A stretch of 62,918 bases of DNA, the filler included, from Lenisia limosa (taxonomy: Eukaryota; Protista; Breviatea), in the NCBI GenBank assembly GCA_001655205.1. It is 13 parts of 13 records of this genome, joined end to end, with 100 filler letters (N's around TTAATTAATTAA, not from the genome) between each part and the next. Parts side by side here need not be neighbours in the genome. Positions count along the whole stretch, not along the records: positions 42,985 to 48,562 come from LPNZ01009961.1; positions 48,663 to 50,661 come from LPNZ01000912.1; positions 50,762 to 53,173 come from LPNZ01010508.1; positions 53,274 to 55,528 come from LPNZ01000393.1; positions 55,629 to 58,146 come from LPNZ01009718.1; positions 58,247 to 61,015 come from LPNZ01005953.1; positions 61,116 to 62,918 come from LPNZ01006034.1; 6 more parts are not named here. The stretch is one strand, 5' to 3'. The notes beneath the pieces are model-generated. The model had not been told where the DNA came from. It saw only the letters and a program-made list of their open reading frames with translations, and searched no databases. This document shows, piece after piece, positions 48,504 through 61,149 of this stretch (within the stretch, counting starts at the first letter, position 1; each line of letters starts with the position of its first letter). Position numbers and translations under genes: made by a program.

Positions 48504-48562
48504 AGCTTCGGCAGTCTAACGAAATAAATGGTCATCGTCTTTCGACTCAGAAACACGAACCA
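48504..48562 (-). ncRNA. U18 + snR58-like C/D snoRNA (5' end cut by spacer)
   Basis: Identical to 47869-47927. Confidence 0.8.
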
Positions 48563-48662
48563 NNNNNNNNNNNNNNNNNNNNNNNNNNNNNNNNNNNNNN
48601 NNNNNNTTAATTAATTAANNNNNNNNNNNNNNNNNNNNNNNNNNNNNNNNNNNNNNNNNNNN

Positions 48663-50650
48663 ATTCTGTTCCCCACCAGATCCTGCACCAACTCCTTCAC
48701 AACAACATGGAGTCTTCCTATAACTTCTTGGTTCGGGCACTTGACCAGCAGTAGGTCACAAAGTTGGGCCTCACTGGAGACGACTCGATCAATAGACTGT
48801 AGGAACTGCAAGGGAGTAAGATTAGACAAAAGATGAAGCAATAAATATAAAATTGAAGAAAAAAGGGACTACGCAAAGCAAAACGAAGTCCACTTTGGAA
48901 CTGACTTCTTTGGATGCGTTGGTAAAGATCATGGACGAAGAAACGTCTGAGACTACCCTTGGGATAATAGTTCCTGGGCAATAAAACAATAATTAATGTC
49001 TAATCAAATAATGTGGTACAAAGTTCTCTATAATATTGATAAACGCCAAAATTCCTATATATTGTCAAAACACAACTAACGAAGAAGTTGGGCAAGAGAG
49101 TCATGTTCGCCGGCCTTGAAGAAGGGGATTCTCGGAAGAACATTAGGACGAAGACTTCTATAAAGATATTAAGATCTCGAATAGAGCAGTTCAGAGGATA
49201 ATGATGGCAATAACGTCTCCACAAGGAACACAATTATAAATAATTCATTCAAATACCCTTGTTCTTAAATTCTCAAGGTGGACTCCTGAATTTGCAATTG
49301 GAGCTCTTTTGTAGTCGTATTGAAATATTGTTATTGATAGCTTTATCATTCAAATGAAGCACAATGAATCCTACTTTTCCATCTGGCGGGTACTAAGAAG
49401 CTGGCTGTTAACGGCAGCATTTAAAACTGCGGGTATCGCGAGGTGACCGGAAGCGTCGATACTTAGGGGCGGCTTGCAATTTGGTAGAGACAGGGCTGAG
49501 CAGTCGGCGTTAATCCGCTTGAGGATCATGTGTAGATGCTAAAAACGAATGAAAGTTGACGTGAAGTAAGTGAGGGTGTTTAACGTATCTTATTAGTAAT
49601 TTTTCAAGATAAAAGGCTTTCGACCCAACCTTTATTGTTCCAAGACTGCGGTCATGTAACTGACATTGCAGGGTCATTGACCTGCTGTCGGCGAGGTACG
49701 AGTTGACGGTCAGAAGAGCATATCGAGACGAAATACTGGACTCTTTCCTAAAGTTGAGATTGAGCAGCCTGCACAGGGAGGCAAGATCGTCAAGGTCTGC
49801 TTCAGTGTGGTTCGCCTGCTCCCTAAGGCATCAGCGATGTTTTACGTATGAAGAATGCCACCAAAATAGTATATTATTGTAATATTTAATACTCCATAAC
49901 AATGTGTGTGCAATACCTGAGATTGTCGTCCAAAAGAACTGCATCTTTGACGACAGAATCTTTGATGAGCTGAACATATCAAAGCAGACAACCAGTTATT
50001 GAATAACCGAACCTTCAGTTCATACTAACAAAGCTATCGAATAGCATACTGTGAGGGGGTATAAAGCTCTCCAGATGTTTTGAGGGCACATTGGGCAATT
50101 GCCTGCCAGAGTTCCGTCAGTCTTGAACCTGCCTCCAAGGTCAAACTTGGCCTGTCGGGACAGAGTCCTCATCTAGGCATCAAAACTTTGAGAATATGAG
50201 AAAAGGAAATATTTATTAAAACAAACCCCCCCACCCCCACCCCCAGATCAACTCGAGTAAATTTTGTGGATAACAATATCGAGGAACAACTCCTGAAATG
50301 AAAACAAACAATTGATATTGAACTGAGGAGGAAAAAGAGGTGGTTATAATTATGACTCCGTGGTAACCAAAGTTGACAGGTAGGATCCCCAGGTATGTAT
50401 ATCATTGCTACTTCTCTTGGGGAAAAAAGGTGATTAAAAGTTAGTTCATGTGGAGAAAATAATTATATACTACATCATGTTGTATCACATGATATGATAA
50501 AAGGATATCATACTAATAATACTACTATTATTAATTAACACCACCAAAAAAAAACACATAGTCACGACAATGATATAGTGATATCTCCAAATATCTACCT
50601 AAACAGCCAACAGCTTACCATAACCTGAATGACGCCGCCTTTGGCCCAGA
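48663..50650 (-). CDS. Partial multi-exon hypothetical protein, possibly the upstream part of the snoRNA host gene
   Basis: Exons LTLEAGSRLTELWQAIAQCALKT, LREQANHTEADLDDLASLCRLLNLNF, LHMILKRINADCSALSLP, IRDLNIFIEVFVLMFFRESP and LQSIDRVVSSEAQLCDLLLVKCP. Confidence 0.55.
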
Positions 50651-50761
50651 GTACCTTTGTTNNNNNNNNNNNNNNNNNNNNNNNNNNNNNNNNNNNNNNN
50701 NNNNNTTAATTAATTAANNNNNNNNNNNNNNNNNNNNNNNNNNNNNNNNNNNNNNNNNNNN

Positions 50762-52870
50762 TTGGAGGGCTGTCGACAGGAGGGTGGCTGGGTGGTAAGA
50801 TGGGTTCCATTTTGGTCAGACAATGCAATAAAATGATGTGTTTTCAAGGACTTTCGCGAGGGTCGATGTCGAAGCTTAGGAAAACATGACAAACAGTGAT
50901 TGGGATAAGTCTTGACCGATTTGCTATGTGATTTCCCAAGGAAAATCGGTCAAGACTTATCNNNNNNNNNNNNNNNNNNNNNNNNNNNNNNNNNNNNNNN
51001 NNNNNNNNNNNNNNNNNNNNNNNNNNNNNNNNNNNNNNNNNNNNNNNNNNNNNNNNNNNNNNNNNNNNNNNNNNNNNNNNNNNNNNNNNNNNNNNNNNNN
51101 NNNNNNNNNNNNNNNNNNNNNNNNNNNNNNNNNNNNNNNNNNNNNNNNNNNNNNNNNNNNNNNNNNNNNNNNNNNNNNNNNNNNNNNNNNNNNNNNNNNN
51201 NNNNNAAGGGCTTACCTACGTTCGAAAAATACCGTTTTCATATTGATATGTATCGAGGATTAATTGGGAGATTCGGTCTTTTTTTGGGACTGTAGGGAAC
51301 CCCTAATGGTGTGTCTCTAATATTGAAGGTGGTTTCTGGCTCGTAATCATTCAAAAAAAAAGTCACTTTTAACCGCTGCCGAGAGTACCCCACCAAGAGG
51401 CAAGCATAGAGCAGTCCTCAGCAGGAACGTAACGTTGTCTTCTAAGGCGGTCATTGACTTCAGAACGGCCACGCCATCTCGTAGCGCACTGCAAGGTTAA
51501 GTTGAGGGAAAGTACTGGGATTATTTGAAGATGTATTCATATGAGTTTGTCGATATAATTTCTATCAATATCGACATTAAACTCTCTTCACTGAATGTGT
51601 AATATTGCCGTTATTTACATTGTCTATTTTTTCACTATAGATGAGGATTGGAGGATAATTGAATCATCTTCATTTCCTTATGCCCCCCCCCCCCACTCAT
51701 GAAATTGCGGCGTGCGCGGAAGNNNNNNNNNNNNNNNNNNNNNNNNNNNNNNNNNNNNNNNNNNNNNNNNNNNNNNNNNNNNNNNNNNNNNNNNNNNNNN
51801 NNNNNNNNNNNNNNNNNNNNNNNNNNNNNNNNNNNNNNNNNNNNNNNNNNTTGGCTAACAACACACGAGGGTTGATAACAACTGAAGAAAGAAGTGAGGA
51901 GGGAGTAATAGAAACGTATTGTTTCAAATTATAACCTCACCAAGATCAAGAAAGAGGAATACAAACACAAAGCAATAGAAAAAGAGAGAGAAGTAGCGAG
52001 GGAAACTGAGAAGGAGAGAAGAGAGAAGAGAGAAGAGAGAAGAGATAAGAAAGAAGAGAGCAAGAAAAAGAGAAAACTTGCAAAAACAACAAAAAAAAAC
52101 CGAAAGCGAAAAAGCTCCCCACCCACTTTGGGTTCGCAATATCGTCGAAGGGCAGCCAGAGCGCGGACAAGAGCCGAATGGTCGCGGTGCGAGACGTGGT
52201 AGCGGACAGTTTGCACAAGTTGCAGCAGGCGCGAGGAGGGCTTGGCTGGGGGTGGTGGTAAAATGAAGTTAATTTCGATGAAGAATAATATTAAATATAC
52301 CATGAAGCAAATCGGAAAGTAGAAACAAAATGGAGGGGTAAGGTATGAGGGAAGATACCTTGGTGATTCTACTTACGCTACTTTTGCTACTTTTGACAAT
52401 GACTCAGTCTGTATAAGGTATTACCCCACCAACATTCATATAAGGTTAGTATTGCCCCACCAACATTCCGTATAAGGTAAGGCAAAATCCTTTCCTCTTG
52501 CAGTCATTCTTTGTCTCACCCGTTTTGCTCGTCGATACCTGAAAACAGATCAATATTCGATTCAGATTCAGACACAAAGGGAATTTGTGTTATCAAGGCG
52601 CGCTATTAACACAAAAGCAATATATGATATACAGTAGCACGAGATAACAAAAAGACCGTTTGTATATCTGGCTAAACTACGCTTTTGCACTGCATCAAAA
52701 TAATAATAATAAGAATTAAATTATTCAATATTCACGGTCAGAAGACGTGCTATCAGCTTGTAATAGGAAAAAGACAGTACCTTCGCATTGCTCGGGCCTT
52801 TTTGTCAGCAATGGCTTCGGCAGATTGATGACCTAAATATTTACTGCATGAAGAAGAGGACTGGGTTTGT
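50762..52870 (-). CDS. Partial multi-exon hypothetical protein
   Basis: Exons cag|PSSRLLQLVQTVRYHVSHRDHSALVRALAALRRYCEPK|gt and SALRDGVAVLKSMTALEDNVTFLLRTALCLPLGGVLSAAVK|gt. Confidence 0.5.
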
Positions 52871-53273
52871 CAAAAATGGAAGGCCAATGAAAAATGCGAG
52901 TATTTCTAGGGCTCCGTGCAAATACATAAAAAAAATTATTGCGAATTTTGAAGCGCAACACACTCAATTTGAGACACTTAAATTTCAATTGTATCAATTC
53001 ATATCTTCAAAAAAATAATTGCACGAATCCCAAGTCTTATGTGTGTTTGTGTTAGTCCACAATATTTCAGAAAACTTCGTGTATTACATGTACCACCTCC
53101 AGCATACTGACTGAAAACTCCACGGCCTGTGACACAATGCAAGCAGATTCGTCTTTGGCCAGTATTTGAGCCTNNNNNNNNNNNNNNNNNNNNNNNNNNN
53201 NNNNNNNNNNNNNNNNNTTAATTAATTAANNNNNNNNNNNNNNNNNNNNNNNNNNNNNNNNNNNNNNNNNNNN

Positions 53274-54890
53274 CCAGTCGCTTCTGCAGTACCGCATCCC
53301 ACGTGAAACAATGGAAGAAACACACACGGGAGACAATGTAAGAGAGACCTTTCGGGTTCGTAAAACGGGTACAGTTATCAATACCTTTCCTCTTTTCCCT
53401 TGCAATGAACCACGACAGTTCTCCCAACAGCCCGGACCGGGCCGATTTCGCCCGCTCCGCCACCGGACATTGTCACCTGGAGACGTCATGCAATTGCCAA
53501 TGGGAAGAGTATCACCGTACGGTAGATGATAGTTATTAAGCTGAGAGAGTCATTATTCCCTCTGTCCCTTTTAACTTTCAATGGCAATGATCCCAATAAC
53601 AGAAAATGTATCCAGGGAAATTCAGGATACAGGTGGTTCTGTTTAGGCTTGGCAAGATGAAAACCAAAAGGGAAGCCCCAGTTAAAGAACAAAGAGGGCT
53701 TCATTTTCGGTTGTTTTAAAGAACAAAGAGGGCTTCATCAAGATTTATTGGGACATGTACTCATAAATACGATCATTATTGGCAGAAATATTACTCTTGT
53801 TTTTGGTGTAATACTGTGAAAATTGTTTAGAAAAAACAAACATGGAATTTAAGAATTTTTTAAAATATCAATTTTGAATCACTAATGTGTATTTGCGTGA
53901 AGTGAAGAGCCCCCATGGGCTCGACCAGTAATTTCAGATTGGAAGTCTAGAGTTCACGGGAATACGTAAGGGCAATGACCACCTTACACACCTGGGTGCC
54001 TCCAAATCGTGAAGATGCTGTCATGAACTGGGACCTCTCGCTAAAGAGATCAGACACTACCTTTTTATTTCTTTCCACATCGTATACTATGTACCTTGTT
54101 TTATTTCTCTTCTCTTTATCATAGCTATGTATGATAGATAAACCAAATGTAATAAAGTAAAACCAAACATTTGCAAATAGGGAACCGAAAGACGACGACA
54201 CAAAACCAAAAGAAGGATTATTAAAATTTGTCCGGTACCAAGTAATTCAAGAGCCTCGGACCTTTGGGGATCCTGGAGCAAAGGAGACTCATGGATGAAG
54301 GCGAAAGAGGAGGCTTTTTTCTGGCGAAGCGACTCCCTTTGAAGGTGCTGTGGACATTGAGAACATTTAAGAGAAACAAGTTATAATTCGTGTCAACTCA
54401 TCAATATTAACCATTTGAATCATTGCTATTACTTGTTACTTGTTACACCATTATAGAAAGCATGAAAACAAAACGATTTGTTGCAAGCAAATGGGCAACT
54501 ACTATGTTGCTGTGGTTGTAAGGTAAGAAAATTAAATCTCTTGTCGTCTTTAAAGGCCCAAATAGTCAATGCATGATTACACATGTTCCCTTAATGCTGT
54601 GACTAAATATCTGAAAGAAACTCGGAGAGTGGAACAACATAACTGTGGGACAAAACTGGCAGTATCGGATGTGTAAGCACGCGCTTAAACTACTCACATA
54701 TTCAATTTTGTTAATTATTAAATATTTAACCACAAAGATAACTGAGAGAGAGGGCTTACAGGAAGTGGAAAAGCTAATACATCTCACCTGAAGCACTGCG
54801 TGGACTCTTCTCGCCTCTTCCTCCTCCTCTATTGTCATTGGAGGAAGTTGTGGCTCCAACACTGGGGGCTCTTCAATCAAGACCATCTTT
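53274..54890 (-). CDS. Partial multi-exon hypothetical protein
   Basis: Exons MVLIEEPPVLEPQLPPMTIEEEEEARRVHAVLQ|gt, SSFAFIHESPLLQDPQRSEALELL|gt and DLFSERSQFMTASSRFGGTQ|gt. Confidence 0.45.
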
Positions 54891-55628
54891 CTAGGCTATC
54901 TTCACATGGATCTATTCGTTTGGTCTTTTGCAAACGGTATTCTAATGTCAATATCTTTAGTCTCTTTGGGTGCAATTTGAGTGTTTAAATTGGTTTAAAA
55001 AACGTTTGAAGCCAATTTGAAGCTGAAACGGTGGTACGGGGGACAGGCACGGCGGGTGGGCAATTTTGGCATTTTTTTTAAAAGGTGATCGATTATTGCG
55101 GATAAATGGTAACTGTTATTTTAGTGAACCGTTTCCCTCAAAAACTCAAAAAAAAAAAGAAAAAAAAGGAGCATATTCCTTTCGAAAGTGTGATTTCTTA
55201 TTTATCAGAATTTTTAGAGGTACAGCCAGCAAGGCAAGAAGCCAGGTGAACTAATAGACATTATTAAAAATACATTACTACTTTACCAAAAACTACTCGG
55301 AATCATCATCACTGAGGTCTCGAGAGGACTTAAACGTCATTTCTTCCATAGCATTAACCTGCCAGAGTAAAACAAAAAAACGGTGAAAGGAAAGGATGAG
55401 AACACTGTTTATGATGATGAGAAAACTAGAATACACCTTGAGCGTGTATAAAAAAGAAATGAAAGAGGGTAATAGCTGATTGCTAGCGGGAATAATCGTA
55501 ATATTCATAAAAATTAATAATAATAATANNNNNNNNNNNNNNNNNNNNNNNNNNNNNNNNNNNNNNNNNNNNTTAATTAATTAANNNNNNNNNNNNNNNN
55601 NNNNNNNNNNNNNNNNNNNNNNNNNNNN

Positions 55629-58146
55629 GGCATCCACGGCATTCAGGTCGGCTCCCGCCACTACCAGAGCCGCGGCCGCGTCATTGTGCCGACGGTCGAT
55701 TGCGAGATGCAGCGGCGTGGCGCCCTGGTGGGAGGGTGAGGAATAAGAAAAGAATAAAATATTAAAAATATAATATCATAATAATAAAATGTAAAAAGAA
55801 TAAAATATCATAATAATAACAGCAAGGTTGGAGGCCCACCTCGGAATCTTTGCAGTTGATATAGCCCGGCCCGGCCTCGGCCAGAAGAGTGTCAATAACG
55901 TCCGTGTGCCCCCCAAATGCCGCGTAATGAAGTGCTGTGGCTCCCTGGGGGGGGGGGGNNNNNNNNNNNNNNNNNNNNNNNNNNNNNNNNNNNNNNNNNN
56001 NNNNNNNNNNNNNNNNNNNNNNNNNNNNNNNNNNNNNNNNNNNNNNNNNNNNNNNNNNNNNNNNNNNNNNNNNNNNNNNNNNCATCATTTAATCAAATAT
56101 TAATCACCACAATTCAATGAAGATATGAGAACAATTAGACAAAAGAAATGTCCAAAGAACATGAATGGTGTAACAAAGGGAATACAAAATGAAGCACAAA
56201 TAAATTCTGCTGCCTGGTTATTTGAAGTAACATACCACTCACCACAATAAATATTCAATATATACCCTCCTATATCCGCGCACCATTTGGTCAAGATCAG
56301 AGGGCTTGGCTCCCCGATGCAAAAGGGCCAAAATAACCGCTAGAGTACCGGTGGAGGCAACTGAATGCAGAATATGCTAAGAAGGGTGAGGAATGTACTA
56401 TCCGTTAAAACCCCATGGTATTATTTTGAGTGAAAAAAACGAAAGACAAACCTTCAATTGAAGCAAGAATTTTATTTCAGAAAAAATCAAAACACAGTAT
56501 AATTTATGCACTTCAATATTGTAAAAGGACATTGTATATCACAAAAAGATACAAGATACAAGGACCAAAAACAGCACAAAAAAAAACACTGAATAAGGCA
56601 AAAAGACACAATATTAGGAGAAAAAAACAGTATTGGCAATAAACACGCACCTCCTTGATTGCAGCGTCCACTTGTTCTTGAGTTGCCGCAGTAACACATT
56701 CGGCTGCCTCATTGGTCAACCCCTCTTTAATGAGGTTCGTTACTTGGACAGCCTGGTGGGAGGGAGTAAAATTGGAAAAAAAATTATGAAGCAAAAAAAG
56801 AGCCCAAAATCAACTCCATCAGCTGATAACAACAAAACAAACAAAGCCNNNNNNNNNNNNNNNNNNNNNNNNNNNNNNNNNNNNNNNNNNNNNNNNNNNN
56901 NNNNNNNNNNNNCATAAAATATAAAACAAAAACCAACCAGAGACACCTGAGGTTCTTCTGAAGGCTCTTCTTCAACTGAAAAGTGAGGTTTAAACAGAAG
57001 ATGATAAATGAAAATTTGGGTTTAGTGAACAGAAGATGATACATATATGAAAATGGATTTGAACCGAAACTATTATCACTAACATCACGAATATTACAAT
57101 CCATGCCCCCAACCAATGTCCAGGTCCATGTCGCTGAAAAGACTGCGTTTAGTTTCGCTGAGCGGTTCCTCGTGGAAGTCGACCTTCTGGGCTACTCGAC
57201 TGGGAGTGGGGCGGACTGAAGGAGGGGGAGGCTTATCCCATGAGGACGCGGGCGGCTGCGGGAAAGTGGGGTGAAATTGAATAAAACAAAAAGAGCCCAA
57301 AATCAACGTGAAACGAAGGAAATNNNNNNNNNNNNNNNNNNNNNNNNNNNNNNNNNNNCTAATGAACATTCCCTCAACCATATTACTTATCGACTATGTA
57401 GTACATATAAATCATAGTATACTACATATACTATATCATACAGAGCAATGGGAAATAAAAAATAAGGTTGTATCTGGCCGTAGCCGTCCACACCATCACG
57501 CTTATGGGAGATATTGAAGAATAGTAGAGTATTAATTCACCCAATCATATGCCTTATAACTCTGCACAGCTTACTGCTTGCCTCTAGTATAGCAATGAGA
57601 AGCCATATCATATAGTAATTTGAATTACCGCCCCTTTCCCGTCACTAAAGGGCTTACGGTGAAGACAGCCGAGTGGGTGGAATCGGTGGTCTTGGGTGTA
57701 GAAGGCTGCAGGATGAGTGGGTAAAAGAAGGAATTTTTTACAGAACCTTCAGGCATTATCCTTACTACCACACAACACTATCCTTACTACCACACAACAC
57801 TATCCTTATTACCACACACAAACATTCACATGAACCCCTTTTCCACCTTGCGCAACCTTCGGGACCGTTAGGGTACACAGATTTTAAGCAAATTTGCGAA
57901 AAAATTTAAGTTAGCATTTGGAAAAAAAATTATGTTAATTTACGTAGACATATTAAAGTTCTGTCGTTTTTTTCGAACGGAACTGAGTTATCACCTCCTC
58001 CCCACATTGACATTAACACCGGGGGTCTCAAGCCCAGTCTTCCGCGCTATCAAATTGGCCTCGGGTTTGGGAGGAACGGCGAAGAGTTCTCCAGAGGACT
58101 CTTTTTCGTCGCTTGGCGGTGTGGGATCCTTGTCCATTGATGACCT
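55629..58146 (-). CDS. Ankyrin-repeat protein (partial)
   Basis: Exons GATALHYAAFGGHTDVIDTLLAEAGPGYINCKD, GATPLHLAIDRRHNDAAAALVVAGADLNAVD and LHSVASTGTLAVILALLHRGAKPSDLD. Upstream exons are Pro/Ser-rich. Confidence 0.88.
56753..56848 (-). repeat. Family A copy ending at a 3' splice site of the ankyrin gene
   Basis: Minus strand reads ...CCAATTTTACTCCCTCCCACCAG| followed by exon QAVQVTNLIK. Confidence 0.75.
57453..57575. repeat. Family C copy
   Basis: AAGGTTGTATCTGGCCGTAGCCGTCCACACCATCACGCTTA..TTCACCCAATCATATGCCTT matches ~44557 and ~59540. Confidence 0.8.
57762..57815. repeat. Minisatellite, 22-bp unit, ~2.5 copies
   Basis: TCCTTACTACCACACAACACTA tandem. Confidence 0.75.
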
Positions 58147-59623
58147 NNNNNNNNNNNNNNNNNNNNNNNNNNNNNNNNNNNNNNNNNNNNTTAATTAATT
58201 AANNNNNNNNNNNNNNNNNNNNNNNNNNNNNNNNNNNNNNNNNNNNCAACATATCAACTCATTGATAAAGCATGAAAATGCGATCTGAAAACAGATGCAT
58301 GACCGGGATAAGTCATTTGCTATGTGATTTCCCAAGGAAAATCTGTCAAGTCCTATCCCGGTACTATAGCCCCTCGCACTTTAACGACAGCAAAGCTCCA
58401 ATGTACTGCGAGCGCCTGAAGCACCATTGAAGGAGGGAGCGGTAGGAAGCTACGCTGGTCCAGACCTAGAACGTTAAGTAGGGCTTCCGAGGCCAAACCA
58501 TCACACTTATGTATATAGACAGTGACCAGGATAAGTCATATAGCAAATCGGGCAAAACTTATCCGAATAAAAAAAGAAGCATAGAAGCCCCGTACGGACC
58601 TTTTCTGGACAAAGAGCCTCAACTGACATTTTGGTACTACTTCTTTTCTGCCGCAGACTCTGTGGGGTGAGAGGTATGAAAGTGTTAACTCAAATTCAAC
58701 TCTTGTGGTGCAAGGAGTTTACTCAATAAATTAATATGATGGGTATATGATATCATATGTATGTTGTATATTATATTATATTATGATATAATATGATTGT
58801 TTCAGAAGTATTGAACACAGAGTACCTTTAATTGTATTTCGTACCCCCCCCCCCNNNNNNNNNNNNNNNNNNNNNNNNNNNNNNNNNNNNNNNNNNNNNN
58901 NNNNNNNNNNNNNNNNNNNNNNNNNNNNNNNNNNNNNTTACTCAAAGCCGCCTGGTAGTCCTGACAACGTTAACAAAGACAATTGCCCAGTAAATGTCCA
59001 TTCACCATTGACGCAATTAGCCAGTAAATATACTTAACATTATCAAGTAACATTATCAGGTATATCTAGATAGCAATGAGAAATAAAAAATAAGGATGTA
59101 TCTAGCCGAAGTTGTCCACACCATCACGCTTNNNNNNNNNNNNNNNNNNNNNNNNNNNNNNNNNNNNNNNNNNNNNNGGCTACGTGCAATAACGTTTTTT
59201 TGAGGAAATTAATTGACAAAATAAGAAATTGAAGTGTCTGGAGTGGGTTCTCGTGACAATGTGTCTTTTATAACAAATATTTCAATAAATTGCACGGAGC
59301 CCTAGTAAATACTCAGACAGTTTTAAATATTTAACATTATCAAGTATAGTAAACGGTTAACATTAACTCTCAAAACATCCAGAAAGTTGTCAATCAATAC
59401 GCAAGAGATATCCAATCTTCTTCACCCCCCCCCCNNNNNNNNNNNNNNNNNNNNNNNNNNNNNNNNNNNNNNNNNNNNNNNNNNNNGAGGTCGGCGTGGT
59501 CCTTAATCTCCTTGAAAAACTCCTAATCCTTCAGAAATGCGAAAAAAAAAACAAGGTTGTATCTGGCCGAAGCCATCCACACCATCAAGTTTATAAGAGA
59601 TATTGGAGAATAGTTAGTATAGT

Positions 59624-59722
59624 TAGGGCTTCCCTATGGTCCAAAAAAGACCGTCAAAATGATGACAATTTTGGAGGATTTCACAAAAATGCAGTCTTTT
59701 TTGGTACCGTTGGGAAGTCCTA
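59624..59722. mobile_element. ~100-bp MITE-like family D (TIR TAGGGCTTCCC..AAAAAAGAC)
   Basis: TAGGGCTTCCCTATGGTCCAAAAAAGAC...GTCTTTTTTGGTACCGTTGGGAAGTCCTA. Related copies sharing GAGGATTTATCGAGAAATTC(A/T)GTCTT at ~11672-11765, 12441-12522, 26014-26074, 51238-51305, 59912-60000 and 62840-62912. Confidence 0.7.
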
Positions 59723-60071
59723 ATGAGAATCTGCTGTTTTCTGTCATTATAAACATATCAAACCGGGCGAAGTTTTTCCTTCTTTGGGGGGGCCTGAACA
59801 TGCCGAATGGCTAAACAGAGGTAAAACGAAGGGAAAACGAAGGGAAAACGAAAGGAAGTTTATTACTGCTACCTACCCAACTATTAGCACTCTGCTTCCT
59901 GTGTGCATATTAGTACGGTCCGAAAAGACCGTGAAAATATATAGATATTTATCGAGGAATTATCGAGAAATTCTGTCTTTTTTGAGACCGTCGGGAAGAG
60001 TACAATATGATACAGCTATGTCCCTCAACCAGCCCCCCATAGAAATAGTCTCCCCCCCCCTCTCCATTAGA

Positions 60072-60130
60072 GAACTTGCCTTTTATAGAACTTGCCTTTT
60101 ATAGAACTTACCTTTTATAGAAATTGCCTG
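60072..60130. repeat. Minisatellite, 16-bp unit TAGAACTTGCCTTTTA, ~3.5 copies
   Basis: Direct tandem repeat. Confidence 0.8.
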
Positions 60131-60434
60131 ATAACTTCCCTCCCCTCCATTATTAAACTTGTCTTACACCACCATTCTGTAGCCCCCCACTGATTGGAGG
60201 GGCTTGAGCGGCCGAAAGAATGGGGCAAACCACGGGGACGGTAGCATCAAACGGCGGAAGGACCGAGTTAACAAGGGAGCTGGGGGAGGACGTTAAATTG
60301 GTTTATTGAAAAATCAGAATAACACAGGTGCAATACTATACAAAATCAGAATAAGAAAGGTGCAATGCTATTAATTACAAAAAACGAAGGCGACAGCATC
60401 AATACTTTTATAACAACAATGTATATCAGATACA

Positions 60435-60497
60435 CAGTGACCGGATAAGTCTTGGCCGATTTGCTATGAGATCGGTCAAGAATAATTCCGGTCACTG
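60435..60497. mobile_element. Family E micro-MITE copy
   Basis: CAGTGACCGGATAAGTCTTGGCCGAT..ATCGGTCAAGAATAATTCCGGTCACTG-TA. Confidence 0.7.
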
Positions 60498-60955
60498 TAT
60501 CTGAAATGAATACATGAAAAATATCATGTATTTGTTGCCATGGACCTTCTGTTCCTTCTTAACAATCCACATTAGTCAGAAAAAAAAAAAAAAGAACAAT
60601 CAGAGCAACCCAGAATTATATTATTTTTTGAGCATCAAACATCAGGAAACATAAGAATAAAGACGATGTTTGCAAGCTACCCCCCCCCCNNNNNNNNNNN
60701 NNNNNNNNNNNNNNNNNNNNNNNNNNNNNNNNNNNNNNNNNNNNNNNNNNNNNNNNNGACAACCTTGGCTGTTTGGAGGAAGGGCGCGGAAGCAGCCTGG
60801 TTTGAGTGGGTTAAGCAGCTTTGGGTTTATCCGAGCCAGTTTCTGGATTGGAACCCTCATTGAAACGGCTTTGGGTTTATCGAGATTTCTCGAGATTGAT
60901 AGAGGGGAATAGATTGATGGAGAATATTGCGATACTTATTGAGGGGATAATTTGG

Positions 60956-61015
60956 AATCTATCGACAAATGCCATAATCTATCGACAAATGCCATAATCT
61001 ATCGACAAATGCCAT
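60956..61015. repeat. Minisatellite, 20-bp unit AATCTATCGACAAATGCCAT, 3 copies, running into a gap
   Basis: Direct tandem repeat. Confidence 0.85.
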
Positions 61016-61149
61016 NNNNNNNNNNNNNNNNNNNNNNNNNNNNNNNNNNNNNNNNNNNNTTAATTAATTAANNNNNNNNNNNNNNNNNNNNNNNNNNNNN
61101 NNNNNNNNNNNNNNNTTTTAAGCAGATTAATATACTTTTTGCTCCAGAA

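Noticed and set aside
47038-48562. CRISPR-like array (repeats separated by unique spacers)
   Set aside because: There are three different repeats of 60-95 nt with C/D boxes and rRNA complementarity. The spacers are irregular and contain GT-AG exons, the context is eukaryotic, and no cas genes are present.
8252-61071. Twelve TTAATTAATTAA palindromes as a biological motif
   Set aside because: Always centred in fixed-length N runs; this is a six-frame-stop assembly linker.
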